From contig SIBJ01000006.1 in NCBI GenBank assembly GCA_009695195.1, forward strand, positions 9,587-73,586: a stretch of DNA of 64,000 nucleotides. The letters are read 5' to 3'. The DNA is from Pedosphaera sp. (GTDB taxonomy: Bacteria; Verrucomicrobiota; Verrucomicrobiia; Limisphaerales; JADLHS01). Every line of letters starts with the position of its first letter. The first letter of the stretch is position 1. The notes under the pieces were generated by a model that was not told the DNA's origin, ran no database searches, and worked only from the letters and a program-made list of their open reading frames with translations. Below are positions 39,355 to 48,861 of this stretch, in pieces. Both the position numbers and the translations under genes were made by a program.

Positions 39355-40707
39355 ATGATTGTTTCCGTTTTGAATACTGATGGTGCGACGACGCTCGTCA
39401 ACCGGCTACACTCTCTCGGAGTGAACTGTCAAAGGTTCACATCCGAGACTGTGCGAGAACTGAATCATGCCGCTGGGAAACTCGTTTACGTCGTGCCCGA
39501 AGAGGAGTTGAAAGCTGAAGGGTGGCCGGTCTTGCGAATGAAATTGGGCCAGGCAAATCGTTACTATATTGTCGGTGGTAGCACACTCACCTCCGCTGAA
39601 ATCGTCAGCGCGACGCGAGACGGCGCGTACGATGTCTTGGACTTGGAGGACACCGACGAGCGATGGCTCACGGCTTTGGAGAAAGTCGTCAACTCGCAAC
39701 AACTCTGGTTGCAGTTGTATGGCGGGATGGCGCTGAATGAGGGTGACCTGCTGACCGGACAATCCGCCTCCATCAAAGCCTTGCGGCAGGCGATCGAACG
39801 ATTGGGCCCCACCGGCGCCAGCGTCTTGATTCTCGGAGAATCGGGCGTGGGCAAGGAGCATGTCGCGAGCTCGCTTCACAAAAGTTCCGGGACGCAGGGA
39901 CCGTTCGTGGCGGTCAATTGCGCCGCGATCCCGCGCGAGTTGATTGAAGCCGAGATTTTTGGCGCGGAGAAGGGTGCTTACACCGGGGCGGTGCGCGCCC
40001 GCTCCGGTCTCGTGGAGCAGGCGGCGGGCGGAACATTGTTCTTGGACGAGATCGGAGAATTGGACTTCGCGCTCCAGCCCAAGCTCCTGCGCTTTTTGGA
40101 AACGAGGCATGCCCGCCGGGTCGGTGGCGGCAGCGAATATCGCGTGGACGTCCGCGTCCTTTCGGCCACGAACAGCAACTTGGAAGGTCAAATCAGCCAC
40201 GGCAAATTCCGCGCGGACCTGTACTATCGCGTCTCCGAAGTGACGGTTCGCGTGCCGCCGTTGCGCTCGCGACTGGAGGACCTCCCGATCTTCGTGCAGG
40301 TGTTTCTTCAGAGCGCGGGCGAGCGTTTCGGTCGGCACTTCGAGGGCGCCGAACCGGAACTGATCCAAAAGTTCCAAACCTGGAGCTGGCCGGGCAACGT
40401 GCGGGAATTGAAGAACGCGATTGACCGGTTGGTCATCCTTTACAACGGCCCCGTCCTGCGCGCGGCGTGGTGGGATCCGCCGGAAAAACACACAGCGCAC
40501 GACGGACTTCAGCTCGCAACCTCATCGCACGCGGAAACCGATTCCTCGCACCTCGCGGGCCATCCAGTCATCGCCGGCCGAAAACACAAGCTCCAGATGG
40601 CGAAGGACCTTCTCAAGAAAAGCGACGACAACCTGACCTGGGTGGCGGCGCAACTCGGCGTGAACCCCTCCACGCTTTATCGCTGGCGCAAGAGCGGAAA
40701 AGTTTGA
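39355..40707 (+). CDS. sigma54-dependent transcriptional activator (bEBP, AAA+ and Fis-type HTH)
   Basis: GESGVGKE Walker A, GAEKGAYTGA loop, LFLDEIGE, FRADLYYR, WPGNVREL, C-terminal HTH. Confidence 0.93.
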   Translation: MIVSVLNTDGATTLVNRLHSLGVNCQRFTSETVRELNHAAGKLVYVVPEEELKAEGWPVLRMKLGQANRYYIVGGSTLTSAEIVSATRDGAYDVLDLEDTDERWLTALEKVVNSQQLWLQLYGGMALNEGDLLTGQSASIKALRQAIERLGPTGASVLILGESGVGKEHVASSLHKSSGTQGPFVAVNCAAIPRELIEAEIFGAEKGAYTGAVRARSGLVEQAAGGTLFLDEIGELDFALQPKLLRFLETRHARRVGGGSEYRVDVRVLSATNSNLEGQISHGKFRADLYYRVSEVTVRVPPLRSRLEDLPIFVQVFLQSAGERFGRHFEGAEPELIQKFQTWSWPGNVRELKNAIDRLVILYNGPVLRAAWWDPPEKHTAHDGLQLATSSHAETDSSHLAGHPVIAGRKHKLQMAKDLLKKSDDNLTWVAAQLGVNPSTLYRWRKSGKV

Positions 40708-40733
40708 ACCCTTCCGGACGCAACGATCCAGGA

Positions 40734-41804
40734 CTATCTCGCGCTCGTCCCGACGGAAACCGTCGGCGTGATCACGTTCGCGCCGGAATTAACGATCAGC
40801 GAGCCTTCGTTGGCCGACACCGTGTTGGCGAACGTCTTCACCACCAGATCGAGATACTTCGTCAACGTGCGATACGGCGAGAACGGCACGTAAACGATGT
40901 CATGCGGCTCCAACCGCACGTCCTGCGCCTGGCCCGTGACGATGGCGTGATAATCCACGAGCGTGATTTGCGGATCCGAAAGCGAGCCACGCACCACGGC
41001 CACCTGCGACACGTATGCGTCCTTGATCGTCCCGTATGCCCCCGCGATGGCGGACACCACCGTCACGTCATCCCGGAACGGAATCGCATGCGGCACCCGC
41101 ACCGCGCCGAGAACGTAAACCTCGCGCGAGAGCGACGACGGAACGTAAACCAAATCGTCCGGCCGCAGATAAATGTTCTGCGTCATGTCGCCTTCTTTGA
41201 GTAATTTCGGGAAGTCCACCGGCAGCACCTGGCCTTGGCGCACGACAAAACTGTGGCGCAAATCCCCCAGGTCTTCCGTCGTGATCGCCGAAACCGAGCG
41301 GGCCGTCCCACCGGCAGCCGCGAACGCTTCCAGCAACGTCATCGGCCCACCCATCGGATAAATCCCCGGCCGGGCAAACCGGCCCAGCAACCACACCGAC
41401 TTGCTCCCCACGCCCCGCAACGTCACCGCCACCTGCGGTTCGCTCATGTATTTCGTGAGTTCTTTTTCCAGCGAAGCTTTCGTTTGCGCGAGCGTCAGAC
41501 CCCAGACATCCAGCCCGGCCAGGAGATGAAAATAAATTTTTCCATCCGGCCCCACCGGTGTCGTGCTGCGCGACGTGGGCGTGCCAAGAATCTCGATTTC
41601 AATCCGGTCGCCCGGTCCGAGTGTGAACAAATCCGTCGGCGGCTGGAGCAGATCAGTGATCGCGGTCCGCGTCACTTTTTCCACTTGCGCAACGGGGCGG
41701 GCGGCGGTGGCGTCATCCAGCGGTTTGAACTGCGGCGGCGACTGGCACCCGGCAAGAAACGCCAGCGCAACGACCGCGCTGCTCGAAAGAAGATTTTTTT
41801 TCAT
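40734..41804 (-). CDS. polysaccharide biosynthesis/export lipoprotein (Wza-like, SLBB repeats)
   Basis: LAGC lipobox; LGPGDRI, VGPDGKI, LRPDDLVYVP, LEPHDIVYVP. Confidence 0.9.
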   Translation of the reverse strand: MKKNLLSSSAVVALAFLAGCQSPPQFKPLDDATAARPVAQVEKVTRTAITDLLQPPTDLFTLGPGDRIEIEILGTPTSRSTTPVGPDGKIYFHLLAGLDVWGLTLAQTKASLEKELTKYMSEPQVAVTLRGVGSKSVWLLGRFARPGIYPMGGPMTLLEAFAAAGGTARSVSAITTEDLGDLRHSFVVRQGQVLPVDFPKLLKEGDMTQNIYLRPDDLVYVPSSLSREVYVLGAVRVPHAIPFRDDVTVVSAIAGAYGTIKDAYVSQVAVVRGSLSDPQITLVDYHAIVTGQAQDVRLEPHDIVYVPFSPYRTLTKYLDLVVKTFANTVSANEGSLIVNSGANVITPTVSVGTSAR

Positions 41805-41823
41805 AGGCTTTGATCTCCACAGT

Positions 41824-42816
41824 TCACGGTCTTGGCGTCGCGTGGATTCCAGTCCACGTCACGACCGCCGCCTGCACAAACGATGACGTCGCGCCCTCCA
41901 GCAATTCCTCCGCCTTGATCCACGGCCGTGCCGCGACATAGACGATGTCCTTCGGCTGAAGTCTGAAATTGGGCGTCTTGGCTGCGAGCATTTCCTTCGC
42001 GTTGAGCACGAACGTTTCCGGCTTGTTCAACGACCCACGCACCACCAGCACGCGCTGACGATACGCCCGGTCGGAAAAACCGCCGCGCTCCGTGATCGCC
42101 GCGATGATGCTCGCGTTCGGTTTGAAACCCAGCGCGCCCGGCGCCGCGACTTCGCCCAGCACGAAGATCTCGTTCTGACTCGACGACGGAAAATAAAGAT
42201 AATCATCCGGCTCGAGGGCGATGTTCTGCGCCAGTTCGCCCTGCTGAAATAGTTTCTCGAAGTCCACGGGCAGCCGCTTGCCCTGCCGCACGATGAAACT
42301 GTGCGAAAGGTCCGCGGTCTCGACGGTGCTGCGCTCGTACATGCCCGTCTCCAGCCCGCCGGCCTTCGCGAGCGCCTCGATCACCGTCGTTGGCCGGTCC
42401 AGCGAGAACACGCCCTTTTGCGTCACGGCGCCGAGCACGTAATATTTTTTACTGCGAATGGCCGACGGCGTGATGATCGTGCGCGGGTTGCGATGATACT
42501 TCGCCAGTTCCGTGTCCAGCTTGGCGCGCAACTCGTCGATCGTCAGTCCCGTGGCCACCACGTCCTGCGCCTGCATGAAACTCACGCGCCCGTCCGGCCC
42601 GACCGCCACGTCGTCGCGCTTGGATTCCGGCGCCTCGAACAGCGAGAAACTCAGCACGTCGCCCGGCCCCAGCGTCAAGCGCTCCTGCCACTTGGCGCGT
42701 TTCGCGGGACTGGACGCGGAAAGCGTGGCCGTTTCATCCGCCGCGGAGAGGTTCCCAACCGCCAGCGCTATTGCCAGCGCGGCCAGACCGATCTTTAATC
42801 GCAGGTTCGTTTTCAT
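41824..42816 (-). CDS. polysaccharide biosynthesis/export protein (Wza-like, SLBB repeats)
   Basis: Signal peptide; LGPGDVL, VGPDGRV, YVLGAV..G, LQPKDIVYV; paralogue of neighbour. Confidence 0.9.
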   Translation of the reverse strand: MKTNLRLKIGLAALAIALAVGNLSAADETATLSASSPAKRAKWQERLTLGPGDVLSFSLFEAPESKRDDVAVGPDGRVSFMQAQDVVATGLTIDELRAKLDTELAKYHRNPRTIITPSAIRSKKYYVLGAVTQKGVFSLDRPTTVIEALAKAGGLETGMYERSTVETADLSHSFIVRQGKRLPVDFEKLFQQGELAQNIALEPDDYLYFPSSSQNEIFVLGEVAAPGALGFKPNASIIAAITERGGFSDRAYRQRVLVVRGSLNKPETFVLNAKEMLAAKTPNFRLQPKDIVYVAARPWIKAEELLEGATSSFVQAAVVTWTGIHATPRP

Positions 42817-45040
42817 AGTTTCAAAACGGATTCCGGTTCATGATTCAACACCGCGCCGACCATCCGGCATTTGGCGTGGCGCAACGTTTCCAACTGCTGC
42901 CGCGTCTCGCGCGCCCGCGGCCGGCCGCTGTCCACCAGCCAGATGATTTGTGGCAGGTTCTCTGCCAACAACACCGCTTCCGGTACGGATGCCGGGGGCA
43001 ACTCCACGAGCAATACCATATTCTCGATGGAACGCCAATGCGCGAGTGCGCGCTGAAATTGCCGCCGCCGGTCCAGGTTCCACACCCAGCCGGGCAGCGC
43101 AATGTGCGCCGACGGCAGCGCGTTGGGCCCGGAAAATTTTTGCGTCACCTCCGCCGGGAACGCCAGCGCCTGCGCCGTCATCATCACGGCGGACACGGGC
43201 AGTTGCGGCGCCGCCTCGGACATCGCCTCGGCCACGGCTTCGCCAAATTGCTTTTCCGACTCCGCCGCGGCCTTGTCCATCTCCTCCAGATCACTTGGCG
43301 ACGGTCGCGTGCTGATCGTCAACACCCGCAGCCCGCGCTGGCTGGCGGCGTCCACGAGCAGATTGATCCACGTCGTGCGCCCTTCGCCATGCGTCGAGGA
43401 AATGAACCCGCACACCATGCCGTGATTCGCCGAGCGGCTCAACTGGCCGGACAACGCCGTCCACGCCCGGAACGCCCACGTCTCCTGTTCGGCGGGCGTC
43501 ATCTGGTTCAAATCACTGAGCGTCGCCAGCAACGGTAGGCCGGTCACGCGTTTCACATCGGGGCCGGTTTTTAACCGGTCATCCGCGATTTCGGCGACGA
43601 CGATCACCGCCGCCGCGCCGAGGATACCGAACACGGCCGCACCCAGTGCGAGCAGCAGCATCTTCATCCAGCGCGATCGCCCGTCAATGTCCCAGAGCGT
43701 CGCCGGCGCGAAGACGCGGTAATAACCGGCCGAGTTGTCCTGATACAACTTGGTTTCGCGCTGGCGGGCTGAGAGGTTCTCGGTAGTCTTGCGGAGCGAG
43801 TCGAGCCGGGTTTTCAGGAGCGCGTAGCGAGTGCTGTGTTCCGAGATGCCGGTCATTCGCTTGTGCAGGTCAACCTTGGATTTTTCGAGTTCGACGATTT
43901 GTTTTTCGTACGTGTCTTTTTGCGTCTTCAATTCCGCCCGGCGCGCGGCATAGGGCCCGGAGGCAAGGTTCGCCCGCGACGAGGTGTTGGTGCTCTGCAT
44001 GAGCACCATTTTTTCCAGCGCGGCAACTTCATCCTGCTTGGTTTGGACGCGCGGGAAGGCCGGCGTGTAATCGTTGAGCAGCTTACGCAATTCTTCCCGC
44101 GCCGTCTCCAGTTTTTCCGTGTACGGGTTTTGCAGCAAAACATCCTGTTCCAGATTCGTCATTTTCAGGCTGGTGACTTGCGACTCCAGCCGCGCGTTCT
44201 CGATGCGCGCGATCAAATCAGCGAGTTGTTTCATGTAGGCCTGGGTTTCCGCGTCCGGCTCGAACAGTCCCGTCAGCGATTTGAAAGCCTCCAATTCTTT
44301 GTTGACCTTTTCGATCTCGTCGAAGGCCTCGGACAGTTTGTCCTGATAAAACTTCGCCATGCGGCTCAAGTCCGCGAGCTGCACGACCTGAGACATCTGC
44401 ACGATTTCGTTCGCATACAGGTTTGCCAGGTCCACGAGGTCCTCCCGGTTCTTGCCCGAGACCAGCAGATGCACGAGATCGGTGCTCCGCTCGGGCTGCA
44501 CGGTGACGCGTTTTTCCAACTCGCGCGCCGACACCGCCGGTCGAGCCTTGACGCTGACTTGCTGCCGGATTTTCTGCGATTCCATCAGGCTGATCAACGT
44601 TTGCGCGCTCAACTGATGCGGCTTGTACGTTTCCCCGGTGTTCCCGCCCGCTTCAAAGGTCGCCGTGACATCGTTTTGGATCAGCGTCACGCGGAGTTTG
44701 AAACTTGATTGCAGATAGCCGGCCACGGCACCGACCACGAGGCAGGCCGCCCCGGCAATGGCCATCCAGCGCCAGCGCGTCTTGAGCGCCGTCACCAGCC
44801 GCCATGGATCAATCGGCAGTTCAAATTCAGCTTCGTCATCGTCGCCCCGCTTTTTTTCGGTGCTTCCGCGGGCGGTGGCGGCAGAAATTCGCGCGGCGGC
44901 GGATAGAAATCCCGCGGCGGCGGCGGCACATCGCGCGGGGGCGGTTGCGGTCCGGCCTCCGCGCCGGGTGGCGGCGCGTTCACCGTGGACTTCGCGCGTT
45001 TGTTGCGCTCGCTAAAACTGAAATCATCCGGGGCGCTCAT
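42813..45040 (-). CDS. Wzc/GumC-like polysaccharide co-polymerase with degenerate BY-kinase domain; frame break at A7 run 44851-44857
   Basis: TM - coiled coil - TM - ISSTHGEGRTT/VELPP in ORF 42813-44795; N-terminal part (ATG 45040, coupled to ExeA stop) is in another frame. Confidence 0.8.
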
Positions 45041-45870
45041 GCTTTGGGGAGATTCTGGTGTCGTTGCAGATCGCGGTAAACGGCTTCCACCGCTTTCAGA
45101 TTCACGGTCTCGAATTCCTTGATCCACGCGTATTCGAGCGAGAGCTTGGCGATGCGGTTCAATTCGCGCGGCACCCCCAGCGAAATCTGAAACGCCCGCT
45201 CGACCGCGTCCGGCGGAAACAACTCCCCCGTGGGATGGCCCGCGACCTTGATCCGGTGGCGCATGTAATTGATCGAGTCTTCGAGATCGAGCGAGTTGAG
45301 ATGAAACCGCAGGCTGATCCGCTGGTTGATCGCGGGCAGTTTCGCCACCACGCCGCGCAACTCCGGCTGGCCGACGAGAATGATCGTGAGGTAATGCTTC
45401 CCCGGCTGGTTCAAATTCGTGAGCAGCTTCAATTCGTTCAACGTCGTGGCGGCCATTTCCTGCGCCTCGTCGAAAATCAAAACCAGATGCCGTCGCTCGG
45501 CGTGAACGCGTTCCGCGGCTTTTTTCAACCGCTCCACGCGGCCATATTTGGTCTGCGCGGCGTCAGTGGGATTTCCGTCGAGGTCTTCGAGCGCGAGGCC
45601 GATCAGTTCCGTGAAGGTAAAACTCGAATTCTCCAGCGTCACCACCGCGAAGCGCCGCGGGTCCAGCCGCTGCGTGAAGACCGCCCGCGTCAGGGTTTTT
45701 CCGCAACCGATCTCGCCGGTCATCATGCCGAAAAGCATCGTTTGTTCGCCGACCAGAAAGCTCAAGCGGTTCAAAGCCTCATCGTGGTCGCGGCTCTGGA
45801 AGAAAAACCGTGTATCCCACGTCGGCTCAAACGGTTTCTCCTGCAAATTCCAGTACTCCAGCAAGTCCAT
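45037..45870 (-). CDS. ExeA/GspA-type AAA ATPase (PEP-CTERM/EPS locus-associated)
   Basis: YWNLQEKPF, TGEIGCGKT, LIFDEAQ, ILVGQPEL, GVPRELN. Confidence 0.92.
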   Translation of the reverse strand: MDLLEYWNLQEKPFEPTWDTRFFFQSRDHDEALNRLSFLVGEQTMLFGMMTGEIGCGKTLTRAVFTQRLDPRRFAVVTLENSSFTFTELIGLALEDLDGNPTDAAQTKYGRVERLKKAAERVHAERRHLVLIFDEAQEMAATTLNELKLLTNLNQPGKHYLTIILVGQPELRGVVAKLPAINQRISLRFHLNSLDLEDSINYMRHRIKVAGHPTGELFPPDAVERAFQISLGVPRELNRIAKLSLEYAWIKEFETVNLKAVEAVYRDLQRHQNLPKA

Positions 45871-46016
45871 AAATTATAGCCTATTCAGCGCCCCACTTGT
45901 TTGCACGCTTATTTTCCCGGCATTGGACTGCGCCCGCGGCGATTGGTTCAAAGAAATTCCCCGCCGGCGCGAACTCACGAAGGCGAGCCGGACTTGTATC
46001 TGGCGCTCGAGGATCC

Positions 46017-46122
46017 GGAGCGCGGAATTTATTCCGCTTCAACGTCCGAGGGTTTGGCGGCATCAAAACATTTCCCAGCCCAAACGGGGTCGGGAGCCGA
46101 AGCGGAATAATTTCCGCACTCC
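46017..46122. repeat. GGAG-type REP doublet (family C variant)
   Basis: ggagcgcggaatttattccgcttc ... gaagcggaataatttccgcactcc. Confidence 0.8.
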
Positions 46123-46174
46123 TTCGGTTGCGGCTTCACCGCGCCATGTCTTTTCGTTGATCCGGGCTGCGCGT

Positions 46175-47236
46175 TCAGCCGCACTCCGCGCGCAACATCC
46201 GCGCGGCCTCCGCTTCGTTGCAAAGTTTGCGGTAAGCCTCGTCCAGGTTCACCACCGCGCCCGAGCCGGGCGCGAAGCCGCAATCCGGGTTCAACGTGAC
46301 GCGTTCGGGCGCGAGAAACTCCAGCGCCTTGCGCACGCGGCTGGCGATGGTCTCGGCGGAATCAATCTTCCCCGGCGTCACATCCACGCAGCCGAGGCCG
46401 ATCTCCAGATCCTCGCGCAGTTCCTTGAACACCGCCATGTCGCCGGCTTGCGGCGACGTGAACTCCATCGTGAGGTGATGGACTTTGAGCCGATTGAGCA
46501 GCGGAATAATCGGCCCGTAGCCGCCGCCATGCGAAAGTTCCCCGCGCACCCGCGCCCCGGCGCGACGGCAGAGATGCACGGCGATCTTGATGCCGCTCAC
46601 GCCGCTGACGACTTCGTTCAACATGTCCACGGCAAACGCAGCCGCGACGTTCGGATCGGAATACTTCGCGCGCACGTCCGGGTCCACGAACAGGCAAAGA
46701 TGCGGATCGTCAATCTGCGCGATGTCCGCGCCGGCGTCGCGAATCAATTCCAGTTCCCGCCGCAGAATCGGAACGCAGTCACGGACGAAATCGTTTCGCC
46801 GCGGGTACGCCTTCGCCGACTTGTCCGCGTCCCACATCCGCTCGCCGAGCAACGCGGGTGAGGGCAGGGTGGATTTGATTTGTTTCGTGGTGATGGTCTT
46901 GAGGAATTTGACTTCATTGGCGATGAAGCCCGGTTTCTTCGGCGCGAGCTTGTTCGTCACAATCGTCCACGGCCGTCCATCCGCCGCCGTGCCGAGCTCA
47001 AATCCATGCGCCAGTTCCGCGATGACCCCGATGTATGATTTGCGCCACCACTCGCCGTCCGTGACGACGTCAATCCCCGCGTGCTCCTGCATCGCCACCG
47101 CGTAGCGCACCGCCGCCTGCATCTCGCGCTCGTAAGTTTCCGGCGGCAACGGCGGGCGGTCGTTGATGAGATCGAGCACGAACGCCGGTCGCGGCAGCGA
47201 GCCGACGACCGACGAGGGGAAAAGAAGTTTGCTCAT
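46175..47236 (-). CDS. cobalamin-independent methionine synthase II family protein (single barrel)
   Basis: VVGSLPRP, DVVTDGEW.R, QIDDP, HLCR zinc ligands, LNPDCGF. Confidence 0.9.
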   Translation of the reverse strand: MSKLLFPSSVVGSLPRPAFVLDLINDRPPLPPETYEREMQAAVRYAVAMQEHAGIDVVTDGEWWRKSYIGVIAELAHGFELGTAADGRPWTIVTNKLAPKKPGFIANEVKFLKTITTKQIKSTLPSPALLGERMWDADKSAKAYPRRNDFVRDCVPILRRELELIRDAGADIAQIDDPHLCLFVDPDVRAKYSDPNVAAAFAVDMLNEVVSGVSGIKIAVHLCRRAGARVRGELSHGGGYGPIIPLLNRLKVHHLTMEFTSPQAGDMAVFKELREDLEIGLGCVDVTPGKIDSAETIASRVRKALEFLAPERVTLNPDCGFAPGSGAVVNLDEAYRKLCNEAEAARMLRAECG

Positions 47237-47240
47237 AAAA

Positions 47241-47447
47241 GATTTTTAACCACTGATGGACACGGATGGACACGGATGGACACGGATGTTCGGAGTCCCG
47301 CCTTCAGGCGGTCCGGGTTTGGATTCCAACGTCGCCCACCACGAAGCCGCCTGAAGGCGGAACTCCGAACGAGACTCGCGAAGCGGGCGGAAGCCCGCGC
47401 CCCTTTCCCATCCGTGTGCATCCGCGTCCATCCGTGGTTGAAAAATC
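47241..47447. repeat. composite element: inverted (CACGGATGGA)n decamer arrays enclosing a GGAG-type REP
   Basis: gatttttaaccactgatgga(cacggatgga)2cacggatg ... catccgtgtgcatccgcgtccatccgtggttgaaaaatc; inner arms 47288-47311 and 47347-47370. Confidence 0.85.
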
Positions 47448-48201
47448 ATTCGCCCTTCCAGTTTTTCTGCGCGAGTTCGAAATCCTGCTGCGTATCCACT
47501 TCCATGTAATTCCCCGGCGTGTCCGCGTGCGCCATCGGCGTGCCGGCTTCAATCATGTCCTGCAGCAGATGGATGAAATACGCCTTCTCGAACACCGCCG
47601 CCTCGCGGAACGGTTTGCCCGCGAACTTTTTCCGCGCCGCGTGAAAGTGTTCGCGCAGCTTGCCCGCGCCACCCGCCGTGAACTTCGCGATGCCCGTGTA
47701 TTCGCCGTGCGCGGCTTTCGGTTCGATACCGCGATGCACCCGCGTCACGCTGCCGTTGAGCACCGTGACTTTTTCCGCGTCATCAGGCGGATGCTGCGTG
47801 CGATGCACGTAACGTTCCAGCCAGCGCGTGTCCACGCTCAACGCGATGTCCGACGGATGATTCAACACCCGCTTCACCACGTCGCTCGTGAAAAGAATAT
47901 CCGAGTAGCAGCACACGAATCCATCGGCCATTAAATCTTCCGCGTACATCAACGAGAGCAGGATGTTGTTGTTCTCCCAGTTGTCATTGTGCCGGAAAGT
48001 GAATTGCGGATAATCGCGCCGCACCTTGTCAATCTGGTAGCCGCCGATGAAACAGATGTCCTTCACGTCCGCGCCTGCAAACGCACGCAACGCCCAGTCC
48101 AGCATCCGCCGGCCTTGGATTTCCGCGTAACACTTCGGCGTGTCCGCCGTCGTGGGCATCAACCGCCGTCCGCGTCCCGCTCCGATGATGATGGCTTTCA
48201 T
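47446..48201 (-). CDS. phosphocholine/phosphonate cytidylyltransferase family NTP transferase (LicC-like)
   Basis: MKAIIIGAGRGRRLMP.T...PKC, NNILLSL, YSDI, GEYTGI, MEVDT..D. Confidence 0.88.
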   Translation of the reverse strand: MKAIIIGAGRGRRLMPTTADTPKCYAEIQGRRMLDWALRAFAGADVKDICFIGGYQIDKVRRDYPQFTFRHNDNWENNNILLSLMYAEDLMADGFVCCYSDILFTSDVVKRVLNHPSDIALSVDTRWLERYVHRTQHPPDDAEKVTVLNGSVTRVHRGIEPKAAHGEYTGIAKFTAGGAGKLREHFHAARKKFAGKPFREAAVFEKAYFIHLLQDMIEAGTPMAHADTPGNYMEVDTQQDFELAQKNWKGE

Positions 48202-48289
48202 TGCGCTGGTTCGGGGAATGAAAGCGGGATTGCGCGGCGTTGTGAAGTCATTTTCGGCTCAGTCGTCCCCTGATTTGTAGGCCCCTGAA

Positions 48290-48348
48290 TTGTAGGCGAC
48301 GAGGTGACGAGTCGTTTGGCCAGGCACTCCTCACGTCGTGCCCTACAA
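48290..48348. repeat. GTAG-type REP-like palindrome, family A copy 2
   Basis: ttgtaggcgacgaggtgacgagtcg...cactcctcacgtcgtgccctacaa. Confidence 0.8.
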
Positions 48349-48388
48349 CTAAAATTGGGCAATAGAACGGTTGCCAGAACTAATTTCC

Positions 48389-48470
48389 GAAACATTCAAC
48401 GCTCAACACTCAACTCCCAACGTCCAAGCGCGCCATCACCGCACCTTCGGTGTTCGATGTTGAATGTTTC
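48389..48470. repeat. inverted degenerate heptamer arrays (TCAACRC-like)
   Basis: gaaacattcaacgctcaacactcaactcccaacgtccaa ... tgttcgatgttgaatgtttc. Confidence 0.75.
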
Positions 48471-48554
48471 CCCGCTTATCCGGAAATGAATTTTGGCAAT
48501 TGTTCTGGGTGCGATTAAAGGCGGGAGAGGGTGAGCGGGTGGTGGCGGTATTTT

Positions 48555-48673
48555 TGGACTGCGGTGGCAAGTCGGACGCGACACCGCTTTCGAGCGCACG
48601 GGGCGGGTGGCTCATTGCCCTCGCCGTCGTCGGTGCCAAAGCGGTGTCGCGTCCGACTTGCCACCGCAGTCCA
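48555..48673. repeat. REP doublet with perfect 36-bp arms (family E)
   Basis: tggactgcggtggcaagtcggacgcgacaccgcttt / aaagcggtgtcgcgtccgacttgccaccgcagtcca. Confidence 0.9.
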
Positions 48674-48730
48674 GAATGCCCTCACCCGTTTTTAATCACA
48701 CCCCGTACCACCACCGATCTGGCGTTCCGA

Positions 48731-48758
48731 TTGACAGTTCGCGTCGTCTTGTTAATGT
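48731..48758 (+). promoter_or_regulatory. candidate sigma70 promoter for the YccA-like gene
   Basis: TTGACA-N16-TAATGT with TGn extended -10. Confidence 0.5.
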
Positions 48759-48861
48759 CCGCTACGGTAACAGGCCGTAGCGCCGCGAGACGTTCGGATT
48801 TTGAATGAGAGTTGCTGAGGAAGCCTCCCGTGAAATCCCGCCACGCCTGACCACAAAAAAC

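Noticed and set aside
47251..47288. Tandem decamers, and the hexamer/heptamer arrays elsewhere, as a CRISPR array
   Set aside because: No unique spacers between repeats, units too short, no cas genes
47237..47445. SAM or cobalamin riboswitch upstream of the MetE-like gene
   Set aside because: Leader is fully accounted for by repeat elements; no riboswitch consensus recognised
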